From Caldicoprobacterales bacterium (GTDB lineage: Bacteria; Bacillota; Clostridia; Caldicoprobacterales; UBA3941): 64,000 nt of DNA. Shown here piece by piece: positions 20,101 to 31,429 of this stretch (position 1 is its first letter; each line of letters starts with the position of its first letter). The stretch is from assembly GCA_050949255.1 (NCBI GenBank), contig JBMNFJ010000016.1, forward strand, positions 642,397-706,396, written 5' to 3'. The position numbers were made by a program, and so were the translations under genes. Below the pieces are notes generated by a model. The model was given only the letters and a program-made list of their open reading frames with translations, had not been told where the DNA came from and ran no database searches.

Positions 20101-21114
20101 ATGGATTATCGCAAGATCTTTAGAGAAATAAAGGCAGGGGGTTTGCAAGGTGCCTATCTTTTTTTTGGTGAGGAGGAATATGTAAAACAACAGGCCCTGC
20201 ATCAAGCGATAGAGGCATTGGTGAATCCACTTCTTAAGGATCTTAACTATACCCAAATAGATGGTACCCAGGTTGACTTAGATACCATAATTAATGCATG
20301 CGAAACCCTACCTTTTATGGCTGATAAAAGATTGGTGATTGTAAAGGATCTTTCGATTTTGAATGGGAAGTCCGATGGTGATATAGATGAAAACAGATTT
20401 CTTGATTATATAAAGAACATGTCGGAAACTACTTGCCTGATCTTGTACTGTCGTGGCAGTATAGATAAGAGAAAGAAAATATATAGGTATATCTATAGTA
20501 CAGGCAAGGCTCTGGAATTTCAGCATCTTAATGATAGGGAACTCTATACTTGGATTAACCAGACCGTAGAAAGACAGGGTAAAAAAATTGCTTATGATGC
20601 TATAAGGCATTTGGTTGATCTTGTGGGCAATAATTTAGAAGACATATCAAACGAATTAAAAAAAGTTATCTCCTACGTTGGAGAACGTACAGTTATTGAT
20701 GTAGAGACCATGGATCAAATAATCGTGCCCACATTGGAACAGAGCATATTTACGTTGGTTGATGCTATTGGGGAAAAGAAGACCCATGAGGCCTTGATGG
20801 TACTGGGAAACCTCATATATGGGAGAGGGCAGGCTATACAGCCAATTCTGGCAATGATCGCCAGACAGTTTAGATTGATACTTCAATCCAAAAGCTATCA
20901 TGAGATGGGGTATACTTACGAAACAATAGCTACCAAGTTAAAGCAGAGATTATTCGTCGTGAGAAAATGCCTGTCTCAAGGAAGAAACTTTACCATAGAA
21001 CAGCTAAAAAGGGGATTGGACTTATGCTTAAAGGTTGATTACGGGATAAAGGTGGGCAGGATTCAAGATACTATGGGTCTAGAACTCATCATAATTAAGA
21101 TGTGTAGTCAGTGA
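20101..21114 (+). CDS. holA: DNA polymerase III delta subunit
   Basis: YLFFGEE, ETLPFMADKRLV, DKRKK; next to rpsT. Confidence 0.93.
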   Translation: MDYRKIFREIKAGGLQGAYLFFGEEEYVKQQALHQAIEALVNPLLKDLNYTQIDGTQVDLDTIINACETLPFMADKRLVIVKDLSILNGKSDGDIDENRFLDYIKNMSETTCLILYCRGSIDKRKKIYRYIYSTGKALEFQHLNDRELYTWINQTVERQGKKIAYDAIRHLVDLVGNNLEDISNELKKVISYVGERTVIDVETMDQIIVPTLEQSIFTLVDAIGEKKTHEALMVLGNLIYGRGQAIQPILAMIARQFRLILQSKSYHEMGYTYETIATKLKQRLFVVRKCLSQGRNFTIEQLKRGLDLCLKVDYGIKVGRIQDTMGLELIIIKMCSQ

Positions 21115-21176
21115 AGAATCACCCTCAATTATTTTTAACATATGGGCCCTTTTTTGAAAGGAAATAATATATACAA

Positions 21177-21205
21177 CAAAAGCTTCCATCCCCGGGAAGC
21201 TTTTT
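21177..21205. terminator. Bidirectional terminator between holA and rpsT
   Basis: AAAAGCTTCC-N7-GGAAGCTTTTT. Confidence 0.8.
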
Positions 21206-21221
21206 GCCATAATATAGCCAA

Positions 21222-21494
21222 TTATTCTTGAGCTTGGGCCATTTTTAGTTTTAAAGCCAGCTTGGATTTCTTCCTAGCAGCGGCATTCTTGTGGAGTACC
21301 CCCTTTGCAGCAGCTTTGTCCAACTTGCTACTGACCTCGGGATATAGGGCACGAGCCTTATCCAAATCGCCTTCAGAAATGGCTGTCTCTAATTTCTTAA
21401 TGGCGCTTCTAAAGCCGGATTTTATTGACTTATTTCGCATTGTTCTGGTATTTGCAATCTTTATCCTTTTGATTGAAGATTTGATGTTAGCCAA
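21222..21494 (-). CDS. rpsT: 30S ribosomal protein S20
   Basis: ANIKSSIKR...KGVLHKNAAARKKS; TTG start after GGAGGTG. Confidence 0.97.
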   Translation of the reverse strand: MANIKSSIKRIKIANTRTMRNKSIKSGFRSAIKKLETAISEGDLDKARALYPEVSSKLDKAAAKGVLHKNAAARKKSKLALKLKMAQAQE

Positions 21495-21597
21495 ACAATT
21501 CACCTCCTTGATTCAATCAACGAAGATAATTTTATCATGGGAAATTGGAAAAGGCAAGTGGAATGTAGTATTTTTGGCCGTATCCTAGATTGTAATC

Positions 21598-21626
21598 GTA
21601 TAAAAAACTACTAGGTGGTCAATATA
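21598..21626 (+). promoter_or_regulatory. Possible forespore (sigmaF/sigmaG-type) promoter of gpr
   Basis: GTATA...GGTCAATATA resembles the sigmaF/G consensus; gpr is a known sigmaF/G gene. Confidence 0.4.
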
Positions 21627-21751
21627 GGGATATGGAAATATGGAATATTCTAATTGCAACTAGGATGAGATAGTATTGCATTAATTTAACATATTTCCTA
21701 TTGAAAAATCCCAGGAACCTGAAAATATATAAATTTAGAGAGGTGAAGATT

Positions 21752-22723
21752 TTGACTAGCATTAGAACGGATCTAGCCATGGAGGCCAGAGAGTTATACG
21801 GACAGCAAAGCAGTGATATGGAAGGAATCGAAAGTGAGAATTATGAAAGTGATGGCATTGGGATAACCAGAGTCAGGATTACCAGCCCCACAGGTGAAAC
21901 CAAAATAGGTAAACCAATGGGAACATATATTACCATAGAGGCTGAGGATATAAAATACGGTGATTTGGAATTTGCCGAAAAAGTTAGCCAAAAGTTAAGT
22001 CAGGAAATTAAATCGTTGGTAAATTTGGATAAGGATAGTAATACGCTGGTTGTGGGACTCGGCAATTGGAATATTACACCGGATTCATTGGGCCCAAAGG
22101 TAGTAGATAGGATGATGATTACACGTCATGTTATTGAGTTGATACCAGACCAAGTTGATGAACGAGTACGTCCTGTATGCGCCATAGCTCCGGGAGTATT
22201 AGGAATAACAGGTATCGAAACAGGTGAGATCGTTAAGGGATTAGTTGACAGAATTAAGCCTGATTTAGTAATAGTTGTAGATGCCTTGGCATCACGAAAA
22301 ACCCAGCGAATAGGTACGACTATTCAAATTGCGGATACAGGTATAAGCCCGGGATCTGGTATAGGAAATAAAAGGATGGGAATCAACGAACAGAGCCTTG
22401 GCATTAAAACCATAGCGATAGGAGTTCCCACGGTAGTGTATGCACACACTATAGGCAGGGACTCCCTGGAATTGCTAATTGGGGAATTTTCCAAACACAC
22501 AGCTCCTGGTACGGCATTCTATAAAATAATCAGGGAGATGCCGGAAAGCCAATTGGATGCCATGGTTAATGAGGTTCTGAGCCAGGGACTGGGGGATCTG
22601 GTTGTAACACCAAAAGAAGTGGATATGCTCATAGATAATATATCACAGATTATATCCGATGGTTTAAATATGGCCTTGCATGAAAATATCTCACTGGAAG
22701 AATCCCGGCGTTTCATGCATTGA
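21752..22723 (+). CDS. gpr: Germination protease GPR
   Basis: IRTDLA, GLGNWNITPDSLGP, DALASR, GVPTVV, VTPKEVD. Confidence 0.96.
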   Translation: MTSIRTDLAMEARELYGQQSSDMEGIESENYESDGIGITRVRITSPTGETKIGKPMGTYITIEAEDIKYGDLEFAEKVSQKLSQEIKSLVNLDKDSNTLVVGLGNWNITPDSLGPKVVDRMMITRHVIELIPDQVDERVRPVCAIAPGVLGITGIETGEIVKGLVDRIKPDLVIVVDALASRKTQRIGTTIQIADTGISPGSGIGNKRMGINEQSLGIKTIAIGVPTVVYAHTIGRDSLELLIGEFSKHTAPGTAFYKIIREMPESQLDAMVNEVLSQGLGDLVVTPKEVDMLIDNISQIISDGLNMALHENISLEESRRFMH

Positions 22724-23066
22724 TATATTGCTATTCTGGAAGGAAGGTCAATCATATTACAAAAACATGTAGGACAGTAATAACCCCGGATTTATTCAAA
22801 AAGTCGGGTATATGATGATGAGGTTATTGACCTTCTATAATACTTGAAAATAAGATGCAAAGGTCTGTAGGGCTACAAATCAGTTGCTTTTTTGTAGTTT
22901 ATTGATTATTATATGGATGATGGATTTTGCGATAGGCAAAATGAATTTCATTCATATAGTTCATTATCGCACTGAATTTGTTAAGCTCATAACTGCTTCA
23001 ACAGCTGTGATTTCTTATAGATTAAATAAATTTTATGCTACGATTTTTAAGGGGGAAACAATAGGC

Positions 23067-24869
23067 ATGTCCAATGCTAGACAAGACAAGATAAGGAATT
23101 TTTGTATTATTGCCCATATCGATCACGGCAAATCTACCCTGGCAGATAGAATACTTGAAATAGCCGGGGTATTAACTGAAAGGGATATGGAAAAACAGGT
23201 TCTGGATGATATGGACCTTGAGAGGGAGCGGGGCATAACCATAAAGTCCAAGGCAGTTCGATTAAGCTATAAGGATGATGGTGAAGAGTATATACTCAAC
23301 TTAATTGATACACCAGGGCATGTGGATTTTGCTTATGAGGTATCGAGGAGCTTGGCAGCCTGCGAGGGTGCTATATTGGTGGTAGACGCCTCCCAGGGTA
23401 TCGAGGCACAAACCCTGGCTAATGTGTATTTAGCCTTGGAACACGATTTGGAAATTGTACCGGTAATAAATAAGATAGATCTCCCTAGTGCCAGACCCGA
23501 TTGGGTTAAGAAGGAGATAGAGGATGTCATAGGCCTGGTCGCTGAAGACGCACCTCTGATTTCGGCCAAGAACGGTATAGGTATAGAAGAGGTTATCGAG
23601 AAAATTATTAGCTCCATTCCGGCTCCGACGGGAGATGAAGATGCGCCTCTCAAGGCTCTTATATTTGATTCCTTTTACGATAACTATAAGGGTGTTATCG
23701 CCTATATAAGAATTAAAGAAGGTAAACTTAAAGTTGGGGACAAGATTAAGATGATGGCCACGGGTAAAGAATTTGAAGTAACGGATGTAGGAGTATTTAA
23801 GCCATTCCTTACTTCGGTCCCGGAGCTTAGAGCGGGGGAGGTAGGATATGTAGCAGCCAGCATAAAGAATGTCAGAGATACCAGGGTGGGAGATACTATA
23901 ACCCATGCGGACAATCCAGCTGAGGAGCCATTACCGGGATACAGGAAGGTAAATCCTATGGTATATTGTGGTGTTTATCCTGCCGATGGGGCCAGGTATG
24001 AGGAATTGCGGGAAGCCCTCCATAAACTCCAAATAAACGATGCTTCATTATCCTTTGAGCCTGAAACCTCAGTGGCTTTGGGCTTTGGTTTTCGTTGTGG
24101 ATTCCTAGGGCTCCTTCATATGGATATTGTACAAGAACGGCTGGAAAGGGAATATGATCTTGATCTCGTTACCACAGCACCTAGCGTTATATATAAAGTG
24201 GTAATGCACGATGGTACTAAGCTGGATATTTCAAATCCTACCAACCTACCGGACCCTGCTGAAATCGACTATATGGAGGAACCCATAGTAAATGCCCAGA
24301 TAATGGCACCAACTGAATATGTGGGTGCGATTATGGAACTTTGTCAGGAAAGACGGGGTACGTACAAAGGTATGGAATATATGGAGGAAACCCGGGTGCT
24401 TATTACCTATGAGCTTCCTCTAAACGAAATCATCTATGATTTCTTCGATGCTTTAAAGTCCAGGACCAGGGGTTACGCCTCTTTTGATTATGAACTGATT
24501 GGGTATCAACAATCAGATCTTGTTAAGTTAGACATTCTCTTGAATGGTGAAGTTGTAGACGCCTTATCCCTAATAGTTCACAAAGATAAGGCCTATACAA
24601 GGGGTAGAGGAATAGCAGAGAAACTAAAAGAGCTTATACCCAGACAGATGTTTGAGATACCAATCCAAGCGGCTATAGGCAATAAGATCATTGCCCGGGA
24701 AACCATAAAAGCGTTGAGAAAGGACGTATTAGCCAAATGCTATGGTGGAGATATTTCCCGAAAGAGAAAGCTCTTGGAAAAACAAAAGGAAGGTAAAAAG
24801 CGAATGCGCCAGGTGGGATCGGTAGAGGTACCACAGGAGGCATTTATGTCAGTTCTGAAGTTCGATTAG
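23067..24869 (+). CDS. lepA: Elongation factor 4
   Basis: [29 protein letters not shown]; start moved to ATG 23067. Confidence 0.98.
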   Translation: MSNARQDKIRNFCIIAHIDHGKSTLADRILEIAGVLTERDMEKQVLDDMDLERERGITIKSKAVRLSYKDDGEEYILNLIDTPGHVDFAYEVSRSLAACEGAILVVDASQGIEAQTLANVYLALEHDLEIVPVINKIDLPSARPDWVKKEIEDVIGLVAEDAPLISAKNGIGIEEVIEKIISSIPAPTGDEDAPLKALIFDSFYDNYKGVIAYIRIKEGKLKVGDKIKMMATGKEFEVTDVGVFKPFLTSVPELRAGEVGYVAASIKNVRDTRVGDTITHADNPAEEPLPGYRKVNPMVYCGVYPADGARYEELREALHKLQINDASLSFEPETSVALGFGFRCGFLGLLHMDIVQERLEREYDLDLVTTAPSVIYKVVMHDGTKLDISNPTNLPDPAEIDYMEEPIVNAQIMAPTEYVGAIMELCQERRGTYKGMEYMEETRVLITYELPLNEIIYDFFDALKSRTRGYASFDYELIGYQQSDLVKLDILLNGEVVDALSLIVHKDKAYTRGRGIAEKLKELIPRQMFEIPIQAAIGNKIIARETIKALRKDVLAKCYGGDISRKRKLLEKQKEGKKRMRQVGSVEVPQEAFMSVLKFD

Positions 24870-24886
24870 GCATGGGGGAATAATAC

Positions 24887-26029
24887 ATGAGAGAGGGTAC
24901 CATAGGTTTATATGTCCATTTTCCTTTTTGCTTAAGAAAATGCTTGTATTGTGACTTTCCATCCTATGCCCAAAAGGATCATTTGATGGATGAATACCTA
25001 AAGGCCATTAAGGTTGAAGTAGATCATGCAAAGGCCAAGATAAACAGTAGAAGGATAAAGACTGTATTTTTGGGTGGGGGAACTCCCACCCTTTACCATG
25101 AAGAGGAGCTTGCGCAGCTACTGGATTACATAAAGCATAGCTGCCTAATTTCCGATGATGCAGAGATTACAATAGAGGCAAATCCAGAAACCCTGAATCC
25201 TCGAAAACTCAAGGTTCTAATGGAAGCTGGAATAAACAGGCTTAGCATTGGAATGCAGGCTGGCCAGGATAGACATCTTAGGGCTCTGGGTAGAATCCAC
25301 AATATAGCGGATGTAGAACGGGGAGTGGATTGGGCCAGGAAAGCGGGTTTTGAAAACATCAATCTTGACCTAATGTTTGGCTTGCCCAACCAAAGCGTGG
25401 ATGAGTGGTTGGAATCTCTGGGTTGCGCTGTGAAAATGGGGGTAGAACATATTTCAGCCTACGCCCTAATCATTGAGGAGGGTACAACATTATATGAACT
25501 GGTGGAGAAGGGAAGACTTCGAATCCCCCCTGAGGATGTGGAGAGGGACATGTATCACAGGGGCGTTCAATTTTTAAAATCTCAAGGTTATATTCATTAT
25601 GAAATATCTAATTTCGCGATACCTGGTAAGGAATGCAGGCACAACCTATTATACTGGCAGAATAAAGAGTATATTGGTTTAGGGAGCGGAGCTCATTCTT
25701 ATTTGCAGGGACATAGATGGTCAAATTATGCAGATATATGTAAATATATAGACAGGATTTATGAGTATGGCAATGGGATAGAACAATGTGAGGAGATATC
25801 CCTTTCAAACCAACGATTTGAAACCATTATGATGGGATTACGTTTGAATAGTGGAGTTTCAAAGAAAATATTTAGAGAACGTTTTGGTCATGGCTTAGAA
25901 TATTATTATGGGGATGTATTAGAAAACTTAAAGGCAATGGGAATGCTAATCGAGACTGAGACAAGTATTTATCTGACTGCTAAGGGTATGGATTTGCAAA
26001 ATAGTGTTCTACTTCATTTTATGGAATAA
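24887..26029 (+). CDS. hemW: Radical SAM heme chaperone HemW (HemN-like)
   Basis: H.PFCxxxCxYCDF, GGGTP, YEISNF, HNLLYW; located between lepA and hrcA. Confidence 0.92.
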   Translation: MREGTIGLYVHFPFCLRKCLYCDFPSYAQKDHLMDEYLKAIKVEVDHAKAKINSRRIKTVFLGGGTPTLYHEEELAQLLDYIKHSCLISDDAEITIEANPETLNPRKLKVLMEAGINRLSIGMQAGQDRHLRALGRIHNIADVERGVDWARKAGFENINLDLMFGLPNQSVDEWLESLGCAVKMGVEHISAYALIIEEGTTLYELVEKGRLRIPPEDVERDMYHRGVQFLKSQGYIHYEISNFAIPGKECRHNLLYWQNKEYIGLGSGAHSYLQGHRWSNYADICKYIDRIYEYGNGIEQCEEISLSNQRFETIMMGLRLNSGVSKKIFRERFGHGLEYYYGDVLENLKAMGMLIETETSIYLTAKGMDLQNSVLLHFME

Positions 26030-26044
26030 TATTGATAAAACCTA

Positions 26045-26073
26045 TTGACAAAGTCTTAATGAAGTGATAATTT
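26045..26073 (+). promoter_or_regulatory. SigmaA promoter of the hrcA-dnaK operon
   Basis: TTGACA-N17-TAATTT with upstream TG. Confidence 0.7.
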
Positions 26074-26083
26074 AAGATAAGAA

Positions 26084-26110
26084 TTAGCACTCATTAAGGG
26101 AGAGTGCTAA
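26084..26110. promoter_or_regulatory. CIRCE element (HrcA operator)
   Basis: Perfect TTAGCACTC-N9-GAGTGCTAA. Confidence 0.98.
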
Positions 26111-26128
26111 CAGATGGGGGTGATATCT

Positions 26129-27163
26129 GTGGATTTAGGTGAAAGGAAATTACAAATATTACAGGCCATTATTGAGGATTATATTACAACTGGGGAACCG
26201 GTGGGCTCTAGGACAATTGCTAAAAAGTACGGGATAGGTATTAGCCCAGCCACCATTAGAAATGAAATGTCTGATTTGGAAGAGATGGGCTACTTAGAAC
26301 AGCCTCATACCTCTGCTGGTCGAATTCCGTCAGACAAGGGATATAGGTTATACGTAGATCGTCTGTTAAAAGCCGAGAGATTGAGTATCAGCGAAGCGAA
26401 TTATATCAAGGATATATACGATAATAAGACAAGGCATATTGAGCAAATCATTTTCCAAACATCGAAAATTCTATCGGATATTACTAACTATACCGCTGTT
26501 GTACTGGGTCCTAAATTGAGCAGGGTTTTAGTTAAACATATACAATTGGTGCCTATAGACAACCATTTTGCTTTGTTAATGGTAGTAACCAATACAGGGA
26601 TTGTCAGAGATGCAATGATTACTATACCCCCAGGTGTTGGCGTAGAATATCTAACCAGGATATCAAATCTATTAAATCATCTATATAGAGATAAAAGTCT
26701 TGGGGAGATCAGCCTAGTTCCACTTATAGAGGTACGGGATGAGATGATCCAGAATAGGGAGTTTTTTAATTCTCTGGTGGATGCCCTTACTGAGAGTATT
26801 GATATAGGGGAAGTAAGTGAAGTGTATCTAGGTGGAACAACAAACATTTTTAATTATCCAGAGTACCATGATATTATTAAAGCTAAAGAATTTTTAGACC
26901 TAATGGAGCAAAAGGAGCTTTTATATAAGCTTCTGGCAAAATCTCCGGATAAAGGTGTATCTGTCACCATCGGGGAAGAAAATCAATGCGCGGAGCTCCG
27001 CGATTATAGTATAATAACCGCTACCTATAATATAAATGGTAAGACTATGGGAACTATGGGCATTATTGGCCCCACCCGAATGGAGTATTCCAAGACCATA
27101 TCCGTTATGGACTTCATGGGGAAGACTCTCAGTAACTATCTAACCAGACTATTTTCAAGTTAA
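26129..27163 (+). CDS. hrcA: Heat-inducible transcription repressor
   Basis: EPVGS, SPATIRNEM, PHTSAGRIP, IGPTRM. Confidence 0.97.
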   Translation: MDLGERKLQILQAIIEDYITTGEPVGSRTIAKKYGIGISPATIRNEMSDLEEMGYLEQPHTSAGRIPSDKGYRLYVDRLLKAERLSISEANYIKDIYDNKTRHIEQIIFQTSKILSDITNYTAVVLGPKLSRVLVKHIQLVPIDNHFALLMVVTNTGIVRDAMITIPPGVGVEYLTRISNLLNHLYRDKSLGEISLVPLIEVRDEMIQNREFFNSLVDALTESIDIGEVSEVYLGGTTNIFNYPEYHDIIKAKEFLDLMEQKELLYKLLAKSPDKGVSVTIGEENQCAELRDYSIITATYNINGKTMGTMGIIGPTRMEYSKTISVMDFMGKTLSNYLTRLFSS

Positions 27164-27291
27164 TAGTATATATAGGCATGTATTGAGATGGATTAAACCT
27201 CTCTGGGCTTAACTTATTTTTGGAAACGATAGAGAATATTCCTATAACATGCCAACTTAATTGAACAAGGAGTAGAAACGGAGAAGATTAT

Positions 27292-27885
27292 ATGGGGAAA
27301 GATAAGAAAGAAAAGAAGGTAAACGATATTCAAGAGACGGACTGTTATCAGGAAGGCGATACGACTGAAACAATCCCGGACGAGGATACAGGCTGTACGA
27401 ACGAGAGCCAAGAGCTGACAGAGCTAGAGGCTGAACTACAAAAAGTCCGGGAAGAGAGGGATTTGTATCTTTCTATGGCGCAGCGACTGCAAGCGGAATT
27501 TGATAATTTTAGAAAACGCAATGAGGCCGAAGCTTCTAAGGCATACCAGAATACTGTTTATGACACTGTAGAACGTTTCTTACCAGTCTTAGACAACTTA
27601 CAAAGGGGATTAGAAGTTTCGGTGGATAGCGAATCGACACAGTCACAAGCCATATACAAGGGTATGGAGATGGTTACTAAACAATTTTTAGATATACTGG
27701 AAAAGTTGGGTATCGAGGAGATCGAGGCTCTAGGTCAGCCTTTCGATCCTACATACCACGATGCTGTTATGCAGGTAGAGGCAGAGAATGAGGACCAAAA
27801 AAACAAAGTGGTAGAAGTCCTCTTAAAAGGATATAAGGGTAAAGACAGGGTAATAAGATACAGCATGGTCAAGGTAGCTATTTAA
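27292..27885 (+). CDS. grpE: Nucleotide exchange factor GrpE
   Basis: AEFDNFRKR, LPVLDN, FDP..H.A. Confidence 0.96.
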   Translation: MGKDKKEKKVNDIQETDCYQEGDTTETIPDEDTGCTNESQELTELEAELQKVREERDLYLSMAQRLQAEFDNFRKRNEAEASKAYQNTVYDTVERFLPVLDNLQRGLEVSVDSESTQSQAIYKGMEMVTKQFLDILEKLGIEEIEALGQPFDPTYHDAVMQVEAENEDQKNKVVEVLLKGYKGKDRVIRYSMVKVAI

Positions 27886-28298
27886 TTACAGGGTAATACC
27901 TAAAATAACTGGTCATTGAAGTTTTTTGAAACAATAAAATTTGTATTAAAGCTAATTTGCTTAACAAGCTAGTCCATAAACTTCTTTGATAACCATTGTA
28001 GGTTCTTAATTGGTAGCTACCATGAAAGAATACAGCCCAGCCTTATATTATCTTTAGAATTTATTATATTTATCCACTATAGTAATAGTTCGTGAATTTT
28101 GCTGTAGCACTTTTTGGTATGAACCATTATATCTACATTTTTGCAGTATACAACAACTTTGGGCATCCACTAGGGGGCAAAATAACCAGATCCGGATACA
28201 TTTTTAATACGGGTTAAGCCCTATTAGTACAGGGTTTGTAACGGATAATAGATATAGAGCCCTTTAGGGGAGGTCGTATTATTAGGAGGAAGTAAATT

Positions 28299-30125
28299 AT
28301 GGGGAAGATAATAGGAATTGATTTAGGTACAACAAATTCTTGCGTAGCAGTTATGGAGGGTGGAGAGCCCGTTGTAATCCCTAGTGCAGAAGGGGGCAGA
28401 ACCACGCCGTCCGTTGTAGCCTTTTCTAAAACAGGGGAAAGACTTATAGGACAGGTGGCTAAGAGACAGGCAATTACAAATCCTGAACACACCATAATGT
28501 CCATTAAGAGGGACATGGGGAGTGACCGTAGGGTCAGGATTGAGGATAAGTCTTATAGCCCCCAAGAAATTTCAGCAATGATTTTAACCAAACTGAAACA
28601 GGACGCCGAGAGTTATCTGGGGGAAAAAGTAACCCAGGCTGTTATTACTGTGCCTGCATATTTTAGCGACAGCCAGCGTCAAGCTACCAAAGATGCAGGT
28701 GTAATAGCTGGATTGGATGTACTTAGGATAATAAATGAACCTACTGCAGCTGCCCTGGCATATGGGTTGGACAAGGAAGATAACCAAAAGATTTTAGTAT
28801 ATGACCTCGGTGGCGGTACCTTTGACGTATCTGTTATGGAAATTGGGGATGGTGTCTTTGAAGTGTTGGCAACCAGGGGCAACAACCGCCTGGGTGGTGA
28901 TGACTTTGACCAAAGGATTATTGATTACCTTGCAGATGAATTTAAGAAATCTGAAGGTATTGACCTGAGAATGGATAAGATGGCATTGCAGCGTCTCAAA
29001 GAGGCAGCTGAAAAGGCCAAGATGGAACTATCTAGTGTTCTGACAACCAATATAAATTTACCCTTTATTACGGCAGACGCATCGGGGCCTAAACATCTGG
29101 ATATAACTCTAACAAGAGCCAAATTTGAAGAGATGACCGCTGATTTGGTTGAGAAAACCTTAGTACCCCTAAGGGATGCAATTAAGGATGCTGGTCTAAC
29201 CGCTAACGAGATAGACAGGGTCATATTGGTTGGGGGTTCTATAAGGATTCCTGCGGTTCAGGAAGCTGTAAGAAGGGAAATAGGTAAGGAACCCCACAAA
29301 GGGATAAATCCAGACGAATGCGTAGCTATAGGGGCCGCTATCCAAGCTGGAGTCTTGGGCGGTGAGGTAAAGGATGTCCTCTTGTTGGATGTTACACCCT
29401 TATCCCTGGGAATTGAGACTCTTGGTGGGGTTACAACCAGGTTGATTGAAAGGAATACCACCATCCCAACTCGAAAAAGCCAGATATTCTCTACCGCAGC
29501 AGACGGTCAGACCAGCGTAGAAATCCATGTTCTACAGGGAGAACGGGAAATGGCGGCAGATAATAAAACCTTAGGCAGGTTCGTACTCGATGGAATTCCA
29601 CCAGCACCCAGGGGGATACCACAGATCGAAGTAACCTTTGATATTGATGCTAACGGCATAGTAAATGTATCCGCTAAGGATATGGGAACAGGTAAAGAGC
29701 AAAAGGTTACAATTACGGCGTCTACCAATCTATCCGATGAAGAAATAGAAAGAGCCGTAAGAGAGGCGGAAAGGTACGCTGAAGAGGATAGAAAGCGCAG
29801 GGAAGAAATAGAGGTAAGAAATAATGCGGACTCCTTGGTTTACACCACAGAAAAGACAATAAAGGATTTAGAGAGTAACATAGATTCCACCGATAAGGAT
29901 ACCCTGCAGAGCGAGATAGATGCTGTTAAGAAGGCTTTAGAAACCGGCAGTACGGAAGATATCAAATCTGCATCGGAGAAATTAGCTCGTGTTTCCCAGG
30001 AGATATTTGGGAAGATATACCAGAAGCAGAGTCAACAAGCCGGAACGGATCAGCAAAATCATGCCGGAGGTCATCACGATGACAATGTTGTAGATGCAGA
30101 TTATGAAGTGGTGGACGACGAATAA
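28299..30125 (+). CDS. dnaK: Chaperone DnaK
   Basis: [27 protein letters not shown]. Confidence 0.99.
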   Translation: MGKIIGIDLGTTNSCVAVMEGGEPVVIPSAEGGRTTPSVVAFSKTGERLIGQVAKRQAITNPEHTIMSIKRDMGSDRRVRIEDKSYSPQEISAMILTKLKQDAESYLGEKVTQAVITVPAYFSDSQRQATKDAGVIAGLDVLRIINEPTAAALAYGLDKEDNQKILVYDLGGGTFDVSVMEIGDGVFEVLATRGNNRLGGDDFDQRIIDYLADEFKKSEGIDLRMDKMALQRLKEAAEKAKMELSSVLTTNINLPFITADASGPKHLDITLTRAKFEEMTADLVEKTLVPLRDAIKDAGLTANEIDRVILVGGSIRIPAVQEAVRREIGKEPHKGINPDECVAIGAAIQAGVLGGEVKDVLLLDVTPLSLGIETLGGVTTRLIERNTTIPTRKSQIFSTAADGQTSVEIHVLQGEREMAADNKTLGRFVLDGIPPAPRGIPQIEVTFDIDANGIVNVSAKDMGTGKEQKVTITASTNLSDEEIERAVREAERYAEEDRKRREEIEVRNNADSLVYTTEKTIKDLESNIDSTDKDTLQSEIDAVKKALETGSTEDIKSASEKLARVSQEIFGKIYQKQSQQAGTDQQNHAGGHHDDNVVDADYEVVDDE

Positions 30126-30146
30126 ATTATAAGGTATAATTGTTTG

Positions 30147-30178
30147 AAAAGCCAAAGCCATAAAGGCTTTGGCTTTTT
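30147..30178 (+). terminator. Terminator/attenuator between dnaK and dnaJ
   Basis: AAAAGCCAAAGCC-N5-GGCTTTGGCTTTTT. Confidence 0.85.
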
Positions 30179-30221
30179 AAGAGAAATAAGTTCTGAGGAA
30201 TAAAGCAAGGTGATGAGGGAC

Positions 30222-31355
30222 TTGGCAAAGAGAGATTATTATGAAGTATTAGGAGTGGATAAAAACGCTACGGATGAAGAAATAAAACGAGCCTACAGAA
30301 GGCTTGCTAGGAAGTATCATCCGGATGTTAATAAAGATGATCCTCAGGCAGAAGAGAAGTTTAAAGAAATAAACGAGGCTTATGGGGTTTTGAGTGATTC
30401 TAAAACCAGAGCAGAATATGATCAATTCGGACATGATGGCCCTACCGGTCAAGGTTTTGGTGGATTTGATTACAGTGGATTTGGCGGGGGCTTTGGTGAT
30501 ATATTTGATATGTTTTTTGGCGGAGGCTTCGGAAGCAGCGGTAGGAGTAGAAGACCAGGGCCCACAAGGGGATCGGATATAAGATATAATCTTACCATTA
30601 GCTTCGAAGAAGCAGCATTTGGGACGACAAAAGAAATTGAGATAACCAGGAATGAAAACTGTGATGAATGCAATGGCAGTGGAACCGCTAAAGGAACGCA
30701 GCCTGAAACTTGCCCCCAATGCAAGGGCACCGGGGAGGTTTCCTATTCCCAAAATACAGCCTTTGGTCGCTTTGTAAACGTTAGAGCATGTGACAAGTGT
30801 GGTGGCGAAGGAACCATTATCACAGATCCCTGTCATAAATGTAATGGTAGGAAAAGAATTAGAAAAGTAAAGAGGATCAGCTTAAGTATACCCGCTGGGA
30901 TTGATGATGGCCAGGCTATTACCCTTCGGGGAGAAGGAGAAGCAGGCGAAAGGGGCGGGCCTTCCGGGGATCTCTATGTGTATATAACCGTAAAACCTCA
31001 TAGTCTCTTTACCAGGAGAGGATATGATCTCCATTGCGATATGCCAATCACCTTTGTTCAGGCTGCTTTAGGTGCTGAAATTGAGGTTCCTACCCTGGAA
31101 GGAAAGGTTAAGTATAAAATACCTGAGGGTACACAGACGGGAACCGTCTTTAGACTGAGAAACCAGGGGATACAACGGTTACGGTCAACGACAAGGGGAG
31201 ATCTCTTTGTAAGGGTGAACATTGAAGTACCAAAAAGGCTTAAGGAGAAGCAAAAGCAACTCCTAAGGCAATTCGAAAAGGAAACCGCTGGCAGGGAATA
31301 TCATGAGCAGAGGAAGTCCTTTGTAGACAAGATGAAGGATGTTTTTGGGGTATGA
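30222..31355 (+). CDS. dnaJ: Chaperone DnaJ
   Basis: HPD J-domain, G/F region, CxxCxGxG-type zinc repeats. Confidence 0.98.
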   Translation: MAKRDYYEVLGVDKNATDEEIKRAYRRLARKYHPDVNKDDPQAEEKFKEINEAYGVLSDSKTRAEYDQFGHDGPTGQGFGGFDYSGFGGGFGDIFDMFFGGGFGSSGRSRRPGPTRGSDIRYNLTISFEEAAFGTTKEIEITRNENCDECNGSGTAKGTQPETCPQCKGTGEVSYSQNTAFGRFVNVRACDKCGGEGTIITDPCHKCNGRKRIRKVKRISLSIPAGIDDGQAITLRGEGEAGERGGPSGDLYVYITVKPHSLFTRRGYDLHCDMPITFVQAALGAEIEVPTLEGKVKYKIPEGTQTGTVFRLRNQGIQRLRSTTRGDLFVRVNIEVPKRLKEKQKQLLRQFEKETAGREYHEQRKSFVDKMKDVFGV

Positions 31356-31429
31356 GTGTAAGTATCCATAGGGAGGAGGATGGGCACTGAATCTCATGGC
31401 CTTGGCCATGAGAACATATGCCCATGTTT

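Noticed and set aside
22884-23066. N-terminally extended LepA as called by the ORF track
   Set aside because: Family similarity and the SD (AAGGGGG) point to ATG 23067; similar over-extensions were corrected for rplS, rpsU, gpr, fabF and hrcA.
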